Below, one piece after another: positions 24,301 through 25,364 of a stretch of 25,364 nt of DNA; position 1 is the stretch's first letter; each line of letters begins with the position of its first letter. The notes under the pieces were generated by a model. It saw nothing but the letters and a program-made list of their open reading frames with translations. It ran no database searches and was not told the origin of the DNA. Source of the stretch: a virus (taxonomy: Duplodnaviria; Caudoviricetes); the IMG/VR virus record IMGVR_UViG_3300035148_000219, positions 1 through 25,364 of that record; one strand, 5' to 3'. The translations under genes were made by a program, and so were the position numbers.

Positions 24301-25364
24301 GGTTTTACATATACGGATCCAGCACTAGCAGTAGCCGATTTACAGAATTTCCGCCGGCGACGTGGGTCTTTGACACCGAGTCAGGAAAAAAGTTATAATA
24401 AACTTGTTAATAAACTTACAGGTGAGTTTGTTACAGACGCTTTAGATAAGCACCTTGACGACCCTGACAAAGTAAAAGCTACGCGAAATTCAGATGGCAG
24501 CCTCGATATTGAATTTACAAAAATTCCTACAACCGATCCTGCAAACTCTGTTACACTCAGTGTACGTCTTAATAAAAATCCAGACGGTACGTCGTGGGAG
24601 CTACAAACTTTAGATGGAGTTTCTACAGGTGTCTCAATTCCTATTAACGAGCGTTTAGATAAAAAAGATCTTTCTCCTTCACTTAGAGAGCCGCATAAGT
24701 TTCTTTTTGAAAGTGATGGTTCGTGGACGCCTGCACTTAAACGTTTACACGGTACTGAGACTACAGATTACAAAGGTAAAAGAGTACAAGATCGGGTCGC
24801 GGTGCTTACCGGACAGCTCACTGCACCCGGTCACACGCGCGAAAGTCTTCAGCGTATCGACCAGGATTTTGCTTTTGAGCAAAAACGTTTAAATAACGCA
24901 AAAAGTGTAGCTCGTGATAATGCTGCACGATATTCACGTAAAGGAGACAATGAAAATGCTAGTTTAGAAACTGGAAAAGCAAATAGGTACGATAAACGCG
25001 TAAAAGATATTCAAACTCTTCGAGATGCTCTTGTTACGGCAGTAGGCCGATCTGAAGGTGCTGAATCTGCAAAACGTTTTCGTGAAAATGCTAATAATTA
25101 CAAACTCGACACGCCTCCAGCCAACAGGTCTGTAGGTGTTTTTGGTGCCAAATCTGTTAACCAAGGTGTTGGACCTTTAGAGCAACAAGCTGACGGAAAA
25201 AATAAATTTAAATCTCGTAATGCAAACACGTCTAAACTTTTTTCAAATAAAACGTTTATTGATACTATGAGTACTGAATCTGATAAAATTGAGTTCCCTG
25301 GCGATGGAAGCTTTGTTCTCCGCGACGACAATTTAGACCACGTCGCTGCACGTATTCAAAAGAA
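21319..25364 (+). CDS. Giant protein, >1348 aa, truncated by window end; putative virion-packaged multidomain protein
   Basis: SD GAGGAGG 21306-21312, GTG 21319; I read frame +1 to 25364 with no stop. Begins MNLEFIFEEQPEAIVARGLGRLARKVEKAVPGGGGGFFWDESLHPRDRRGRFIKK; body is E/K/A-rich helical with P/G/T linkers. Confidence 0.9.
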   Translation, partial: MNLEFIFEEQPEAIVARGLGRLARKVEKAVPGGGGGFFWDESLHPRDRRGRFIKKNASVDIFPMARGSKRSGSGIVQGLFRGPNGRPRITLELTEDLSIGGRSYKKGEYVNVDPRQIEPSRDAKVDLDDLDVVEPTEDDFPDVHSAHDMWRRRNRIAFVEEKQATSSSASALLTSDIDKYEQAVDKYTSTDEASYSEKRSLLTLQKQSIAGMKSHGASPELVRLAEEQHKTESAKLELDLFNKRLDIRARLKPGKEEEYKQALEAFESAKRKHFEENGHDVNNMTDAEIEDVVKKSPQLEKLRKRVESTKSSFEALDPTLDEAVKQNKLEEAYARSNPEIFHEVRLRNQDYVSNLEDDHTPSVPKDETPSAQGAKTEGKADVQGTPDVSEVDVQQQARDKKRQQLAKDLADNEIQQKQVQAEMDAIEAEHQKNDKVLADAIDVEKDKPENQARAVQTAIDKFTASLEKLNDPTTRESTAVKLTRVDTALNALKKTKGSDALKDLATKRAETVKTKKELDMSMERTKLKLSHYQRAKKEEANAYTQLEGRWGDAQEELAFDINDPNSPTRAWDLSAVHEDMLNGLENIVEDFDRAGAPAAEMRKVKNAVEKYRESLKNEDPNSSTWDLINAAHARLTNAKTMVKASEALGGGVTPEVHHALAVAELDLAHWRAVNDERLLKTSLITSEDVKHQNELSANYRSVAKANMPGAKSVDSPGTTTGTPAPGQPGGTPGAPNVEAPNAEAQKLDEEIKNLTDELMNYEGGVDAEKFELPKRSPKMPGVSRQTAKVKKDMDMFNAILDDIITDPDNISEDTRDIINEIIKAHPTAAQELRSLVRRNEFAGQLLKKHFMKNRKYSKAILPVLREAEAGNNGRPLEDALPTPDVTSGDFAVLKEADPELWKVVADEVVKSHETSQASWRQLREKYHALRSMEKRRDALRETQPSSGSRGRPQPTGTPPSGVGNVKFLAADKKIIDELFPIGIEGKNLKRDPDKGFTYTDPALAVADLQNFRRRRGSLTPSQEKSYNKLVNKLTGEFVTDALDKHLDDPDKVKATRNSDGSLDIEFTKIPTTDPANSVTLSVRLNKNPDGTSWELQTLDGVSTGVSIPINERLDKKDLSPSLREPHKFLFESDGSWTPALKRLHGTETTDYKGKRVQDRVAVLTGQLTAPGHTRESLQRIDQDFAFEQKRLNNAKSVARDNAARYSRKGDNENASLETGKANRYDKRVKDIQTLRDALVTAVGRSEGAESAKRFRENANNYKLDTPPANRSVGVFGAKSVNQGVGPLEQQADGKNKFKSRNANTSKLFSNKTFIDTMSTESDKIEFPGDGSFVLRDDNLDHVAARIQK

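Noticed and set aside
21315-25331. Many short minus-strand ORFs over the last 4 kb
   Set aside because: Shadow frames of the uninterrupted + strand giant ORF; S/F/L-rich antisense composition.
1-25364. Visually frequent palindromes GTCGAC, GTAC, ACGT
   Set aside because: Not quantified; plausibly explained by Val-Asp, Val-Arg and Tyr-Val codon pairs. Needs a codon-shuffled k-mer test.
21319-25364. Giant ORF as tape measure protein
   Set aside because: Sits in the head region with no tail genes before it, is highly charged with Pro/Gly linkers, and lacks the hydrophobic Ala/Gly periodic repeats of tape measures; not fully excluded because it is truncated.
1-25364. Integrase, IS element, intron or intein
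   Set aside because: No such motifs seen; terminase, helicase, thyX and dcd are of ordinary length and uninterrupted.

Overview
A 25.4-kb segment of a tailed dsDNA bacteriophage, most likely infecting an actinobacterium (inferred from gene content and a portal resembling those of cluster-B-like actinophages). Almost all genes are on the + strand. Left half (1-13161) is the replication/early module: SNF2-like helicase, a sigma70-region-4 HTH protein with HNH-associated repeats, a Cas4/AddB-like exonuclease, small membrane and hypothetical genes, DUF6378, an inverted two-gene island with thyX, dCTP deaminase, tRNA-Lys(UUU), Sak4-like AAA ATPase, DUF669-type SSB and a Zn-finger/TOPRIM/helicase primase. 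Right half is packaging/head: probable small terminase, large terminase, DUF1360, portal, an 870-aa protein with a small partner, a CHAP/PG-binding endolysin, and a giant ORF (21319 to beyond the window, >1348 aa) missing from the supplied ORF track. The most interesting signal is that the two large post-portal proteins share an N-terminal module ([SA][LI]VA...G[KR]LxxK...HPxxxxGxF + small beta domain) fused to unrelated AT-rich, AAA-Lys-rich bodies, suggesting an 'address tag + cargo' system for capsid-packaged effectors, perhaps supported by the phage tRNA-Lys(UUU). All family names come from motif recognition by eye; no database searches were run.
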